64,000 nucleotides of DNA from a candidate division Kazan bacterium (GTDB lineage: Bacteria; Patescibacteriota; Kazan-3B-28). The number at the start of each line of letters is the position of its first letter. Positions within the stretch are counted from its first letter, which is position 1. A program made the translations under genes and the position numbers. The notes below the pieces were generated by a model that searched no databases, had not been told where the DNA came from, and was given only the letters and a program-made list of their open reading frames with translations. Location: NCBI GenBank assembly GCA_003647645.1, contig QMNG01000001.1:73884-137883 (forward strand), in the 5' to 3' direction. Of the stretch, positions 29,132-37,733 are shown piece by piece.

Positions 29132-29640
29132 TTCCCATCCTCCTCAAAAGGGAATGTACACCCGTACCATTTCTTAAAAAAAGCATATTTAGTATGCATA
29201 TTATACTGGGATTTGGCCATGATTGTATAAACCATAATCCACCAGTCTAATATTGTAAAACCGAAGATTCCCACAATAACTGACACAATGGCCCACACCC
29301 AGTAACCGTGATAAACCATTAACACCCCAATCAGTACACCGAGAACTCCGGTTGTCCAGTTATGGAATATGGTTAGTTTCAGTGCATTGAAAAAAGAACG
29401 GTTATAAAAATTCCAAAAAATCAACGCCAATACCATACTGAAAATTGTAGGGATGCCCAAAATCCAATACCACGGCATGGGATTGTACAAAGAGTAAATC
29501 AGCAGAACCCAAAAAGCATAGACCATGAAATCACCGGGCGCTTGATACCAAGCTTCGACGGCTATCTTATCATCCATATTAAGGTATTCGTTGTTCAACC
29601 TGTAAATGTTTCGATCACTCATAATAGAATTACTTATCAA
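29128..29640 (-). CDS. Small integral membrane protein (4 TM, Trp/Tyr-rich), hypothetical
   Basis: Overlaps both neighbours by 4 and 11 nt. Confidence 0.4.
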   Translation of the reverse strand: MISNSIMSDRNIYRLNNEYLNMDDKIAVEAWYQAPGDFMVYAFWVLLIYSLYNPMPWYWILGIPTIFSMVLALIFWNFYNRSFFNALKLTIFHNWTTGVLGVLIGVLMVYHGYWVWAIVSVIVGIFGFTILDWWIMVYTIMAKSQYNMHTKYAFFKKWYGCTFPFEEDGK

Positions 29641-30034
29641 TAAGATTTGGGTCTTGATATCTTTGGTATATCTTGGTAACCATATGGCGCATTCTGAAAA
29701 GATTTATGGCGTCATTGGTAGCATAAAACCATAATATTAGCCCCGGCCACCATGTAATGGTCTCTGAGTAGTTTTGTGCCACAATATACAAAACAAACAG
29801 GATAATCCCTTTAAATACTGCTCCATTAAGAATTTGATACCAACCAACAAATAGAGTGGAGATAATAGTTGGTGCCAGATATGGCCAAAACCCGGGTAGC
29901 AACTTGGCATCTTCATGGCTTAAGGACAGTTCGCGAATTTTACGACGATCATAGTAATACGCCCACGCCGCCCACAGCACGACAATGAGCAACTCAATTC
30001 CTAATACTGTGATAAGACTAGACCAACCTTCCAT
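29630..30034 (-). CDS. Small integral membrane protein (3-4 TM), hypothetical
   Basis: Hydrophobic profile; operonic with its neighbours. Confidence 0.4.
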   Translation of the reverse strand: MEGWSSLITVLGIELLIVVLWAAWAYYYDRRKIRELSLSHEDAKLLPGFWPYLAPTIISTLFVGWYQILNGAVFKGIILFVLYIVAQNYSETITWWPGLILWFYATNDAINLFRMRHMVTKIYQRYQDPNLIDK

Positions 30035-30053
30035 GTTATTTATAGTTTATAAT

Positions 30054-31073
30054 TTATGATTTTATCCCTAGAATCTCTCGATATTTGCTACCGCCAGATG
30101 AATTCATGAATTCTTGAACATCAGCAACAAATGCGTCATTTGTACCTGTTTTTTGCACCTCCTCGATAACCTTCTGGATGTCTTGTTTTTTGCTTAGACA
30201 CGCATTTTCAATATCAGATTTATCCATGTCTGGACTATCTATACCAAATAGTAGTATTTCAAGTTGAATAATAAATTCTAATATTGATTCTTTTTCGTCG
30301 CTCGATAATTCCTCTGCTATTTTTTGTATTTCTGAAACATCAATTGACTTTTCTACAAGAATATAATGTTTAGCATCTAGAAATCCAGCTGTTGCTAAAA
30401 GATCTGTCTCGTTGTTAAACCTGTCCTGATAATTATTTTTTAACTCAAAATAGTATTCGGCTGTACAACGAGCAATAATGGCAAAATTGTCTTCTGTAAT
30501 ACCCAACTGCTCCTTAATCTGCTTATTCAATTCTGCCTCTTCATACAAATTGGGTGAACTTACTTCCAATTTGGCTTTAACTTCTTTACGCCATGAGTTA
30601 ACCAAGTTCCGGAGATATTCTGGCCGATAGTTTCCTTTGCTGTCACTAATCCCATTCTCGTCTATGGTTTCATCCTCAATATTCACCCCAAACAGCTTAG
30701 CTGTTTCAATAGCGACACTGTCTAGGTTGCGGTCATGTGTTTTGCTTATATCTTTTTGCCATTGATGGAACCAACTCATTACATCTGGATATGCTCCGTA
30801 AAACCACAGCGGGAATGCACGAGCTCTGTTGTGCCTAAAATGTTTTTCAATAGATAATGTTCTGTGTCCAGAAGTATTCTTTTTAACAAACATTTCTCGC
30901 AATGATGGCATACCGTCTCGTACCAAATACTCATAATTAGATATAAAAGCTTGGGGATCAATTTTATCCGCTACCAACATATCTATAATTTGTTCAACAT
31001 TTTCCTCTAAAGTTATTGGCGCGCCCTCTGTTGCAGCCATAGAAAACATATCCTGCCAAATTTTTCTAATCAT
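30054..31073 (-). CDS. Acidic cytoplasmic protein, hypothetical (first gene of the cassette)
   Basis: 339 aa; no recognisable catalytic motif. Confidence 0.4.
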   Translation of the reverse strand: MIRKIWQDMFSMAATEGAPITLEENVEQIIDMLVADKIDPQAFISNYEYLVRDGMPSLREMFVKKNTSGHRTLSIEKHFRHNRARAFPLWFYGAYPDVMSWFHQWQKDISKTHDRNLDSVAIETAKLFGVNIEDETIDENGISDSKGNYRPEYLRNLVNSWRKEVKAKLEVSSPNLYEEAELNKQIKEQLGITEDNFAIIARCTAEYYFELKNNYQDRFNNETDLLATAGFLDAKHYILVEKSIDVSEIQKIAEELSSDEKESILEFIIQLEILLFGIDSPDMDKSDIENACLSKKQDIQKVIEEVQKTGTNDAFVADVQEFMNSSGGSKYREILGIKS

Positions 31074-31083
31074 AATCCTATTA

Positions 31084-31128
31084 TTTTAGGGGGATGGGAC
31101 GAAAAACACCATCCCTTGGTGGCAGGGG
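31084..31128. repeat. att-like direct repeat, right copy, overlapping the 3' end and downstream flank of tRNA-Trp
   Basis: TTTTAGGGGGATGGGACGAAAAACACCATCCCTTGGTGGCAGGGG; the first 15 nt are identical to the left copy. Confidence 0.55.
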
Positions 31129-31194
31129 TAGAGGGAATCGAACCCCCGTAACTGGTTTTGGAGACCAGTGCTCTACCACTGAGCTATACCCCTA
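31120..31194 (-). tRNA. tRNA-Trp(CCA), CCA encoded
   Basis: Reverse complement reads AGGGGTATAGCTCAGTGGTAGAGCACTGGTCTCCAAAACCAGTTACGGGGGTTCGATTCCCTCTACCCCTGCCA; anticodon loop CUCCAAA. Confidence 0.8.
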
Positions 31195-31275
31195 AATGTT
31201 CAAATCCTAAACAGAATACCTTAACTTGCTTATTATATCAAAAATTCCGCTCTCAATAAGCGGAAAATACACCAA

Positions 31276-31301
31276 GATTCTGAAACTAGTTCAGAATGAC
31301 A
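31276..31301. repeat. 26-bp repeat GATTCTGAAACTAGTTCAGAATGACA (contains 8-bp inverted arms), copy downstream of rpmG
   Basis: 25/26 identical to 31539-31564; arms ATTCTGAA/TTCAGAAT. Confidence 0.55.
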
Positions 31302-31332
31302 TAGGAATAAATAGCATATACTATGCTAGATA

Positions 31333-31521
31333 CTACTTGGTTTCTTTATGTAGTGTCCGCTTGTGGCAGATCGGACAGAATTTTTTAAACGCCAACCTGT
31401 CCGGCGTATTAGTCGGATTCTTGCGAGTGGAATAGTAAGCTCTCTTGCACTCTTCGCACATCAATTTAATGATTGGGCGCTTAACTTTTCCTTTTCCGCT
31501 TTTTTTCTTTTTATCTGCCAT
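31333..31521 (-). CDS. rpmG: 50S ribosomal protein L33 (Cys4 zinc-ribbon form)
   Basis: 62 aa; CEECKRAYY...CPICHKRT. Confidence 0.9.
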   Translation of the reverse strand: MADKKKKSGKGKVKRPIIKLMCEECKRAYYSTRKNPTNTPDRLAFKKFCPICHKRTLHKETK

Positions 31522-31538
31522 AACTTCCTGTAGTTATA

Positions 31539-31564
31539 GATTCTGAAACAAGTTCAGAATGACA
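31539..31564. repeat. 26-bp repeat GATTCTGAAACAAGTTCAGAATGACA, copy upstream of rpmG
   Basis: Sits between the nusG stop and the rpmG RBS. Confidence 0.55.
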
Positions 31565-31572
31565 ATATTAGG

Positions 31573-32268
31573 TTAGACTTTTTTCACCTGAAGAAAGTCT
31601 AGCTCAACTGGTGTTTCGCGGCCGAAGATGGAAACCAAAACTTTAATCTTGCCCCGTTCCTCATCAACCTCGGATACTGTGCCGTTATAACTTTTGAATG
31701 GGCCATCGTTAATATGAACCAAATCCCCGCTTTTGAGATCAATTTTATACTTGGGCTCCTCGATGGCCATACGTTTAAGAATAGTTTGGATTTCGGCTTG
31801 GCTGACAGGCACAGGCACAGTCCCCGAACCAATGAAGCCGGTAACATTGGGCGTGTTACGCACTACATACCAAGAATCCTCTGTTACATTCATATTTACC
31901 AAGACGTAGCCCGGAAATATCTTCTTTTCAACCGTCCGCCGCTTTCCACTGCGAATTTCAATCTGGTTTTCTTTAGGAACAAGAACGCCAAAAATTTTAT
32001 CCTGCATATCAAGCGAATCAATCCGTTGTTTCAAACTCTCGGCTACAGCATCTTCATAACCAGAATAGGTGTGCAAAACGTACCACTCACCCGGCCATTT
32101 CTCGTATTGAGGGCGGGGAACTTCTGGAACCTTATCCTTATCCTCATCAGTTTGAGATTCAGCTTTGTCAACAGAAGTCGTCTGACTGCCATCAGGAACT
32201 GGTACGGCATCAGCCTGAGGAGCAGTTGATTCGTTTTCGGCTTCCGGTTCTTTTTTATCTTCGTTCAT
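31573..32268 (-). CDS. nusG: Transcription termination/antitermination factor NusG, with a ~55-aa acidic N-terminal extension
   Basis: WYVLHTYSGYEDAV NGN domain and C-terminal KOW (GDLVHINDGPFKSYNGTV). Confidence 0.9.
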   Translation of the reverse strand: MNEDKKEPEAENESTAPQADAVPVPDGSQTTSVDKAESQTDEDKDKVPEVPRPQYEKWPGEWYVLHTYSGYEDAVAESLKQRIDSLDMQDKIFGVLVPKENQIEIRSGKRRTVEKKIFPGYVLVNMNVTEDSWYVVRNTPNVTGFIGSGTVPVPVSQAEIQTILKRMAIEEPKYKIDLKSGDLVHINDGPFKSYNGTVSEVDEERGKIKVLVSIFGRETPVELDFLQVKKV

Positions 32269-32270
32269 AA

Positions 32271-32561
32271 TTATTCTGTTTCTACCTGAATGTTGTCTTC
32301 TGGAGTTTCAACTTCAATGTTGTCGACATCGAGATCTATGGGCTCTGCGGTAATACCTGATGATGAAGTAGCCGGGGCAAAATTTGTGAGCAGCTTAATC
32401 CCCTCTGTAAAAACATAGTCAACGCTGGCTATAAAAACGGCAAATACCAACGAAACACCGATGACAGTTAGTGTTAAATTGATGACCGTTTTCCTGTCTG
32501 GCCAGCTGACTTTGGCTAATTCGGTCCTAGCTTCTTGAATGAATTTTATAATCGCTTTCAT
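32271..32561 (-). CDS. secE: Preprotein translocase subunit SecE
   Basis: Start re-assigned to MKAIIKFIQEARTELAKVSWP (RBS AGGA); the upstream-extended ORF would overlap rpsI by 74 nt; single TM; acidic C-terminal tail. Confidence 0.8.
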   Translation of the reverse strand: MKAIIKFIQEARTELAKVSWPDRKTVINLTLTVIGVSLVFAVFIASVDYVFTEGIKLLTNFAPATSSSGITAEPIDLDVDNIEVETPEDNIQVETE

Positions 32562-32586
32562 TGATTCCTGATTTCTAATTCCAATT

Positions 32587-32997
32587 TTATCGTTTTGAGA
32601 ATTGCGGTGCCCGGCGAGCGCGCTTAAGCCCTGGTTTTTTACGCTCCTTAACTCGGGCATCCCTAGTAATAAATCCAGCTTTTTTAAGTGACGGTTTTAG
32701 ATTAACATCAAAAGCTACTAGCGCCCGAGTAATGCCATGGCGGATGGCGTCCGCCTGGGCCATCATTCCCCCGCCAGACACCCGGACTGATACGTCAAAA
32801 TCTTTGGCCATACCCACCAATTCCAGCGGCTTTATCACCTCATTAATTAAATACTTGGGACTAAAGTAATAATCCCCTTTTTTGTCATTGATTATAACCT
32901 TGCCGCCCTTGCCTTTATACAAACGAACCTGCGCCACCGCCGATTTGCGTCGGCCGGTTCCATAGAAATATTGTCCTGTAAATGTATTTTCCACCAT
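32587..32997 (-). CDS. rpsI: 30S ribosomal protein S9
   Basis: Ends ...[17 protein letters not shown], the uS9 signature. Confidence 0.9.
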   Translation of the reverse strand: MVENTFTGQYFYGTGRRKSAVAQVRLYKGKGGKVIINDKKGDYYFSPKYLINEVIKPLELVGMAKDFDVSVRVSGGGMMAQADAIRHGITRALVAFDVNLKPSLKKAGFITRDARVKERKKPGLKRARRAPQFSKR

Positions 32998-33006
32998 TTG
33001 AAATTT

Positions 33007-33453
33007 TTAATTCTTAATTTTTAACTCTACCGGGTTCTGGCCAGTATGCGGATGTTTGTCTCCCACAAATACCTTCAGGCGTTTAAGCATCACTTGGCGC
33101 AGTTTATTTTTGGGCAACATGCCTGTAACTGCATGAATCAGTACACGGGCAGGGCTGGAGCTTCCAAGCACATCCTGAGGAGTTTTCACCTTTGTCCCGC
33201 CTGGATATCCGCTATGATGATAGTATTTCTTGTCTTCTAATTTCTTCCCGCTGAACTTAATTTTCTCCGCGTTAATTACCACCACATTGGTTCTGGCATC
33301 AACAGCCGGATTAAATTGGGGTTGATCCTTTCCCATTAACAGTTTGGCGATGGTGGTGGCCATCTTACCAACTATCTGTCCATCGGCATTTACCAGAAAC
33401 CAGCGTTCTGTGAGTTGATGTGATGGAATATGTGGTGTCATTTTTTGGCTCAT
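33007..33453 (-). CDS. rplM: 50S ribosomal protein L13 (start approximate; ORF extends to 33495)
   Basis: ERWFLVNADGQIVGKMATTIAKLL matches uL13; an internal Met is chosen to avoid overlapping rplQ. Confidence 0.85.
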   Translation of the reverse strand: MSQKMTPHIPSHQLTERWFLVNADGQIVGKMATTIAKLLMGKDQPQFNPAVDARTNVVVINAEKIKFSGKKLEDKKYYHHSGYPGGTKVKTPQDVLGSSSPARVLIHAVTGMLPKNKLRQVMLKRLKVFVGDKHPHTGQNPVELKIKN

Positions 33454-33487
33454 GAGCTTATTGACTATTAGTCTATTTACCCGATAT

Positions 33488-33841
33488 TTATACAAATTCG
33501 ATTATACTAACCGGAGCAGCATCGCCGGCCCGATAACCCTTTTTTAGTACCCGAACATAGCCGCCGGCTCTGTCTTTATAACGCGGTCCCAAAACTTTAA
33601 TCATTTTTTTGACGACGATCTGGTTGTTATAAAGGTGTTTCATTAGCCGCTGTTTATCAGCCAGTGTGCCGCGCTTAGCATAAGTCATAATTTTCTCTAT
33701 TTTGGGCTTTAGAGCCTTGGCTTTAGCCTGAGTGGTTTCTATCTTTTCATATAAAATCAGGGAAGTTAAAAGATTTCGCATCAGGGCAACGCGGTGCTTC
33801 TTGATTCTGCCTAGTTTTGTCCCCGACACTTTATGCTTCAT
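33488..33841 (-). CDS. rplQ: 50S ribosomal protein L17
   Basis: MKHKVSGTKLGRIKKHRVALMRNL. Confidence 0.9.
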   Translation of the reverse strand: MKHKVSGTKLGRIKKHRVALMRNLLTSLILYEKIETTQAKAKALKPKIEKIMTYAKRGTLADKQRLMKHLYNNQIVVKKMIKVLGPRYKDRAGGYVRVLKKGYRAGDAAPVSIIEFV

Positions 33842-34785
33842 TATTTACCTTCCCTACTCTTTTTGAATTTCAAACCTAATTCGTTGAGCTTTGAGGTAAT
33901 TTCATCCAAAGCTTTAGCTCCCAACCCTTTAAGTTCCTGCAACTCAGCCGGATCGATTGACAGAATATCTCCGACTTTTTTAATACCGTTGTTTTTTAGG
34001 GCGTTGGCAGTCCGAACCGAAAGATTTATTTCTTCAATATCGAAGTCCTTGGCATCGCCTTCAGCTACTTTGTCGGCCTTTGGCTCCACTGTAATCTCAC
34101 TGGGGGTAGCTCCAAAAATGCCAAGCTGGTCAACTAGAATCTGGGCGCTCTGCTTAAGCGCCTCTTCTGGGGTAATAGTTCCGTCGGTCAGGATGTCAAT
34201 AGTGAGTTTGTCATAGTTAACCACCTCACCCACACGAGTTGGCTCAACAGTAAAGGCAACTTTTTGAACCGGTGAAAATGACGCATCTACAGCAATGGTG
34301 CTAATGGAAAAGTTCTTATCATCCATCTCAGAACTGGGCATGTAACCGCGGCCCTTATCGACCTGAATCTCCATAGCTAGGCCGGCTTTGGCATCAGAAA
34401 CATGGGCAATTTCGATATCGGGATTCATCAGCTCGACCGAACTCGGCAGAGTAATGTGTGAAGCCTTCACCACCCCACTCTTACTGACCTTCAATTTAAG
34501 AGTAACGGGGCCTTCCTCATGTAGTTTAAACCGCAGCTTTTTTAGATTAAGAATAATCTGAACAGCGTCTTCCTTGACACCCGGCACGGGCGAAAATTCG
34601 TGATCAACACCATTAATTTTGACTGCTATTACAGCAGCTCCGGGCAGTGAGCTGAGCAAAACCCGCCGCAGAGCGTTGCCAATGGTGGTACCATAACCCG
34701 GGAAAAATGGTTCGACCACAAACACCGAGCGGTTGATGGCCTTTTCTTCCAGTTTGATATTTGGAATATTTATTGCTTCAGTCAT
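33841..34785 (-). CDS. rpoA: DNA-directed RNA polymerase subunit alpha
   Basis: 314 aa; N-terminal domain VVEPFFPGYGTTIGNALRRVLLSS and the C-terminal CTD. Confidence 0.9.
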   Translation of the reverse strand: MTEAINIPNIKLEEKAINRSVFVVEPFFPGYGTTIGNALRRVLLSSLPGAAVIAVKINGVDHEFSPVPGVKEDAVQIILNLKKLRFKLHEEGPVTLKLKVSKSGVVKASHITLPSSVELMNPDIEIAHVSDAKAGLAMEIQVDKGRGYMPSSEMDDKNFSISTIAVDASFSPVQKVAFTVEPTRVGEVVNYDKLTIDILTDGTITPEEALKQSAQILVDQLGIFGATPSEITVEPKADKVAEGDAKDFDIEEINLSVRTANALKNNGIKKVGDILSIDPAELQELKGLGAKALDEITSKLNELGLKFKKSREGK

Positions 34786-34807
34786 AAATAACTCCCCAAA
34801 TTTAATA

Positions 34808-35434
34808 TTATTTAGAATAAAACTCGACTATTAATTTCTCATTGAAGGGCACCTCTATCTCATCGCGGGTCGGCAGACTGACTACCTCAATGGACATTTT
34901 CTTGACATCGACCTTGAGCCAGCTGACTGGCTTATTACCAGACGCGGTGTCCTGCAGATGTTTGGTTAGCGCCTGGCTGCGGCCAGCAATTGCAACAACG
35001 TCGCCTGCTTTAACTAGAATTGAGGGAATATTCACTCGCCGACCGTTCAACATAAAATGACCATGCGAGATCAGCTGACGAGCAGCTATGTGGGAATCGG
35101 TGAAACCAGCTCGATAAATAACATTATCAAGCCGGCGCTCGAGTGTAACCAACAGCGCTACATCCGTAGATATTGAACTATTGGCCGCCCTGTCGTAGTA
35201 TTTGCGCAACTGTCTTTCAACTAGGTGGTAGAAAACCCTGGCTTTCTGCTTCTCCCTCAGCTGCTGCCCGTAGCCGGTTAACTTGGAAAAAACTTTTTTG
35301 TAGCCATGCATCCCCGGAGGCTGTTTGCGATGTAACTTGGCATATTTAGATGCCAGAGCTCTGTCGCCACTAACAGCGAACTCCTCACCGAGGGCTCGAA
35401 CTTGTTTCATCTTTGGTCCTGTATATCTACTCAC
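34808..35434 (-). CDS. rpsD: 30S ribosomal protein S4 (GTG start, no SD)
   Basis: MSRYTGPKMKQVRALGEEF; the start codon GTG was read from the sequence. Confidence 0.9.
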   Translation of the reverse strand: MSRYTGPKMKQVRALGEEFAVSGDRALASKYAKLHRKQPPGMHGYKKVFSKLTGYGQQLREKQKARVFYHLVERQLRKYYDRAANSSISTDVALLVTLERRLDNVIYRAGFTDSHIAARQLISHGHFMLNGRRVNIPSILVKAGDVVAIAGRSQALTKHLQDTASGNKPVSWLKVDVKKMSIEVVSLPTRDEIEVPFNEKLIVEFYSK

Positions 35435-35512
35435 AAGTTTAATTAAGAATTAAGAATGTAGAATTTAGAATGATAGTTTTGGCTGCTGTTATTCGCTGGT
35501 TATTATTATTTT

Positions 35513-35977
35513 TTAGACCCTTCTGGGACGGCGGGCCCTGGGTCCATTATGAGGAATCGGCGTAACATCTTTAATGGCCAGCACTTCCATATTACTATTG
35601 GCCAGTGAGCGGATGGCAGAATCTCGGCCAGTTCCAACTCCAGCTACAAAGATACTTATTTTGCGCATACCAAAACTATCAGCCTTGGCTGCAGCCGTGG
35701 CTGCGGCTCTGGAAGCAGCAAAAGAAGTGGACTTTTTTGAACCTCTAAAACCTTGGGCACCGGCGGAAGCGGTGGCCAGAACGTCACCTTTGTTGTTTGT
35801 AATAGTGATAATTGTGTTGTTAAATGTCGATTTAATGTAAGCGCGGCCCTCTTCAACAACTCGCTTCCTCCTGGCGGTTTTAGGCTTGGCCGCCACACGA
35901 CTAGCATAGGCCTGCCTTTTCTGTTCAGCCTTTTTCCCTTTTTCTGCCTTTTTTTGTAATCTTTTTTTTCTACTCAC
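35513..35977 (-). CDS. rpsK: 30S ribosomal protein S11, with a basic N-terminal extension (GTG start)
   Basis: ...GVGTGRDSAIRSLANSNMEVLAIKDVTPIPHNGPRARRPRRV. Confidence 0.9.
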   Translation of the reverse strand: MSRKKRLQKKAEKGKKAEQKRQAYASRVAAKPKTARRKRVVEEGRAYIKSTFNNTIITITNNKGDVLATASAGAQGFRGSKKSTSFAASRAAATAAAKADSFGMRKISIFVAGVGTGRDSAIRSLANSNMEVLAIKDVTPIPHNGPRARRPRRV

Positions 35978-36060
35978 AAATCTAATTAAGAATTAAGAAT
36001 GTAGAATGATGGTTTTGGCTAATACCATTTGGCATTGTTCATTATTCATTCGTCATTAAC

Positions 36061-36441
36061 TTATGTTTTGTCTGTCGCCTTTTTACGGCCACTGCCCATA
36101 GTCACTCGCTTGCCCCGTTTGGTACGGGCATTAGTTTTGGTCCGTTGGCCACGGACCGGCAACTTCTTGGAGTGACGGCTGCCGCGGTAGCTGCCAATAT
36201 CCTTGAGCCGTCTGATATTCATTGAAATGTCACGCTTCAAGTCGCCTTCTATCATCATTTTGTCGATGATTGTCCTAAGCTTGCTTTCATCAGCTTCAGT
36301 AATGTCTTTGGTACGGGTACTGGGATCTATTTGAGTTTGTTTCAGAATCTTATTGCTCTGACTTCGGCCGATGCCAAAAATAGCTGTGAGAGCAATCTCA
36401 ATACGTTTTTTGTCATCCAAGTTGACTCCTGCAATTCTCAT
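36061..36441 (-). CDS. rpsM: 30S ribosomal protein S13
   Basis: [25 protein letters not shown]. Confidence 0.9.
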   Translation of the reverse strand: MRIAGVNLDDKKRIEIALTAIFGIGRSQSNKILKQTQIDPSTRTKDITEADESKLRTIIDKMMIEGDLKRDISMNIRRLKDIGSYRGSRHSKKLPVRGQRTKTNARTKRGKRVTMGSGRKKATDKT

Positions 36442-36466
36442 AAACGAATCTGTGGTTTAACTGGGT

Positions 36467-36580
36467 TCATCCCTGCCTTTGTTTATGGCGTTTGTTTTCA
36501 CATTTAATAATTACTTTGCCTTGGCGTCTAATAACTCGGCAATTCTTGCACATTTTTTTTACAGAGGCGCGTACTTTCAT
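36467..36580 (-). CDS. rpmJ: 50S ribosomal protein L36
   Basis: Not in the ORF track (37 aa): [37 protein letters not shown]. Confidence 0.85.
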   Translation of the reverse strand: MKVRASVKKMCKNCRVIRRQGKVIIKCENKRHKQRQG

Positions 36581-36672
36581 CTCAGTTAGAAATTTTTGCT
36601 ATGTATATTATTTACCATACCGTTCGTTCTATCCGTTAGCCCGTTTTCATGCACCTTTAACGGGACAAGCGA

Positions 36673-36918
36673 TTATTTACGTCTAGATGACTTGTGAATA
36701 TTTTTCTGCCGATAAGTTATACGTCCCCGCTCAATATCATACGGGCTCATTTCAACCGTCACTTTATCCCCCGGCAAGATTTTAATATAATGCATCCGCA
36801 TTTTGCCTGATATATGGGCTAAAATAACGTGTCCTCCTTCAATCTCCACCCGGAAGGTGGCGTTGGGGAGGGCCTCAATGACAGTTCCCTCTAATTCAAT
36901 TACCTGTTTGTCAGACAT
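36673..36918 (-). CDS. infA: Translation initiation factor IF-1
   Basis: S1-like fold; [32 protein letters not shown]. Confidence 0.9.
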   Translation of the reverse strand: MSDKQVIELEGTVIEALPNATFRVEIEGGHVILAHISGKMRMHYIKILPGDKVTVEMSPYDIERGRITYRQKNIHKSSRRK

Positions 36919-36968
36919 ATTTTTACCTTGCTATTATTATCCCATTACTTATAAAAGTCAACAAGATT

Positions 36969-37727
36969 TTAGCTTCCAACCAGCTTTTCTATCGGGGTAA
37001 TAATTTCGTAGCCAGTTTCTGTTATTAAGACGGTGTGCTCAAATTGAGCAGCCAGCTTGCCATCTTTGGTAGAGACATTCCAGCCATTGTCGCCCGTTAA
37101 AATCTCGCTTGAGCCCAAACCAACAATCGGTTCGATGGCAATAGCCATGTTTGGCACCAGTTTCATCCCCTGTGAGGGATTGGAAAAATTGGGAATAATT
37201 GGTTCTTGGTGCAAACGAGCCCCGACGCCGTGACCGGTAAATTGGCGGAAAGTTGTCAATCGGTTGGCTTTCAGTGTTCTATCTATGGCAGCTGAAATAT
37301 CGTTAACATGATTGCCAGGACGGGCTTGGTCGGTGCCGGCCAACAGAGCCGCGTAAGTCCCACGCAATAATCTCCTGGCCTCCGGACTTACCTTGCCGAC
37401 ACAGAAAGTAACAGCTGCATCCGTATGCAATCCCTTATAAAATAAACCAAAATCAACTGTAATAATATCGCCCTCTTTCAATATTCTGTCATCAGGAATG
37501 CAGTGAACTACCTGCTCATTGACCGACAAACACGTGGCAGCAGGATAACCCTGATAACCTTTAAACGATGGGATACCCCCTTGCTTTTTGGTTTCTGCCT
37601 GAGCCACCTCCTCTAATCTTACGAGCGATACGCCCGGCCTGACTTCTCTTTTTATTGCAGCCAATATTTCGACCAGTTTTCTGCCGCCTTCTCTCATATT
37701 TTCAATATCAGTTTTGGAAAGTTGCAT
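36969..37727 (-). CDS. map: Methionine aminopeptidase type I
   Basis: Metal-binding residues in VVHCIPD, DFG and FEHTVLIT contexts. Confidence 0.9.
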   Translation of the reverse strand: MQLSKTDIENMREGGRKLVEILAAIKREVRPGVSLVRLEEVAQAETKKQGGIPSFKGYQGYPAATCLSVNEQVVHCIPDDRILKEGDIITVDFGLFYKGLHTDAAVTFCVGKVSPEARRLLRGTYAALLAGTDQARPGNHVNDISAAIDRTLKANRLTTFRQFTGHGVGARLHQEPIIPNFSNPSQGMKLVPNMAIAIEPIVGLGSSEILTGDNGWNVSTKDGKLAAQFEHTVLITETGYEIITPIEKLVGS

Positions 37728-37733
37728 AATTAT

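Larger units (their letters stand above)
19700..31130. mobile_element. Accessory genomic island adjacent to tRNA-Trp (probable composite of serial insertions; no integrase found)
   Basis: Non-housekeeping gene content, att-like direct repeats, repeated 3'-flank elements, and a tRNA gene at one border. Confidence 0.4.

Noticed and set aside
31081-31270. Idea that repeat copy B is a whole decayed duplicate of the tRNA-Trp gene
   Set aside because: Only the last ~9 nt of the tRNA plus ~36 nt of downstream flank align convincingly. The region corresponding to the T-arm and anticodon arm does not.
32271-32660. Long form of secE overlapping rpsI by 74 nt
   Set aside because: The internal start MKAIIKF, with an AGGA RBS, gives a canonical short SecE and removes the overlap.
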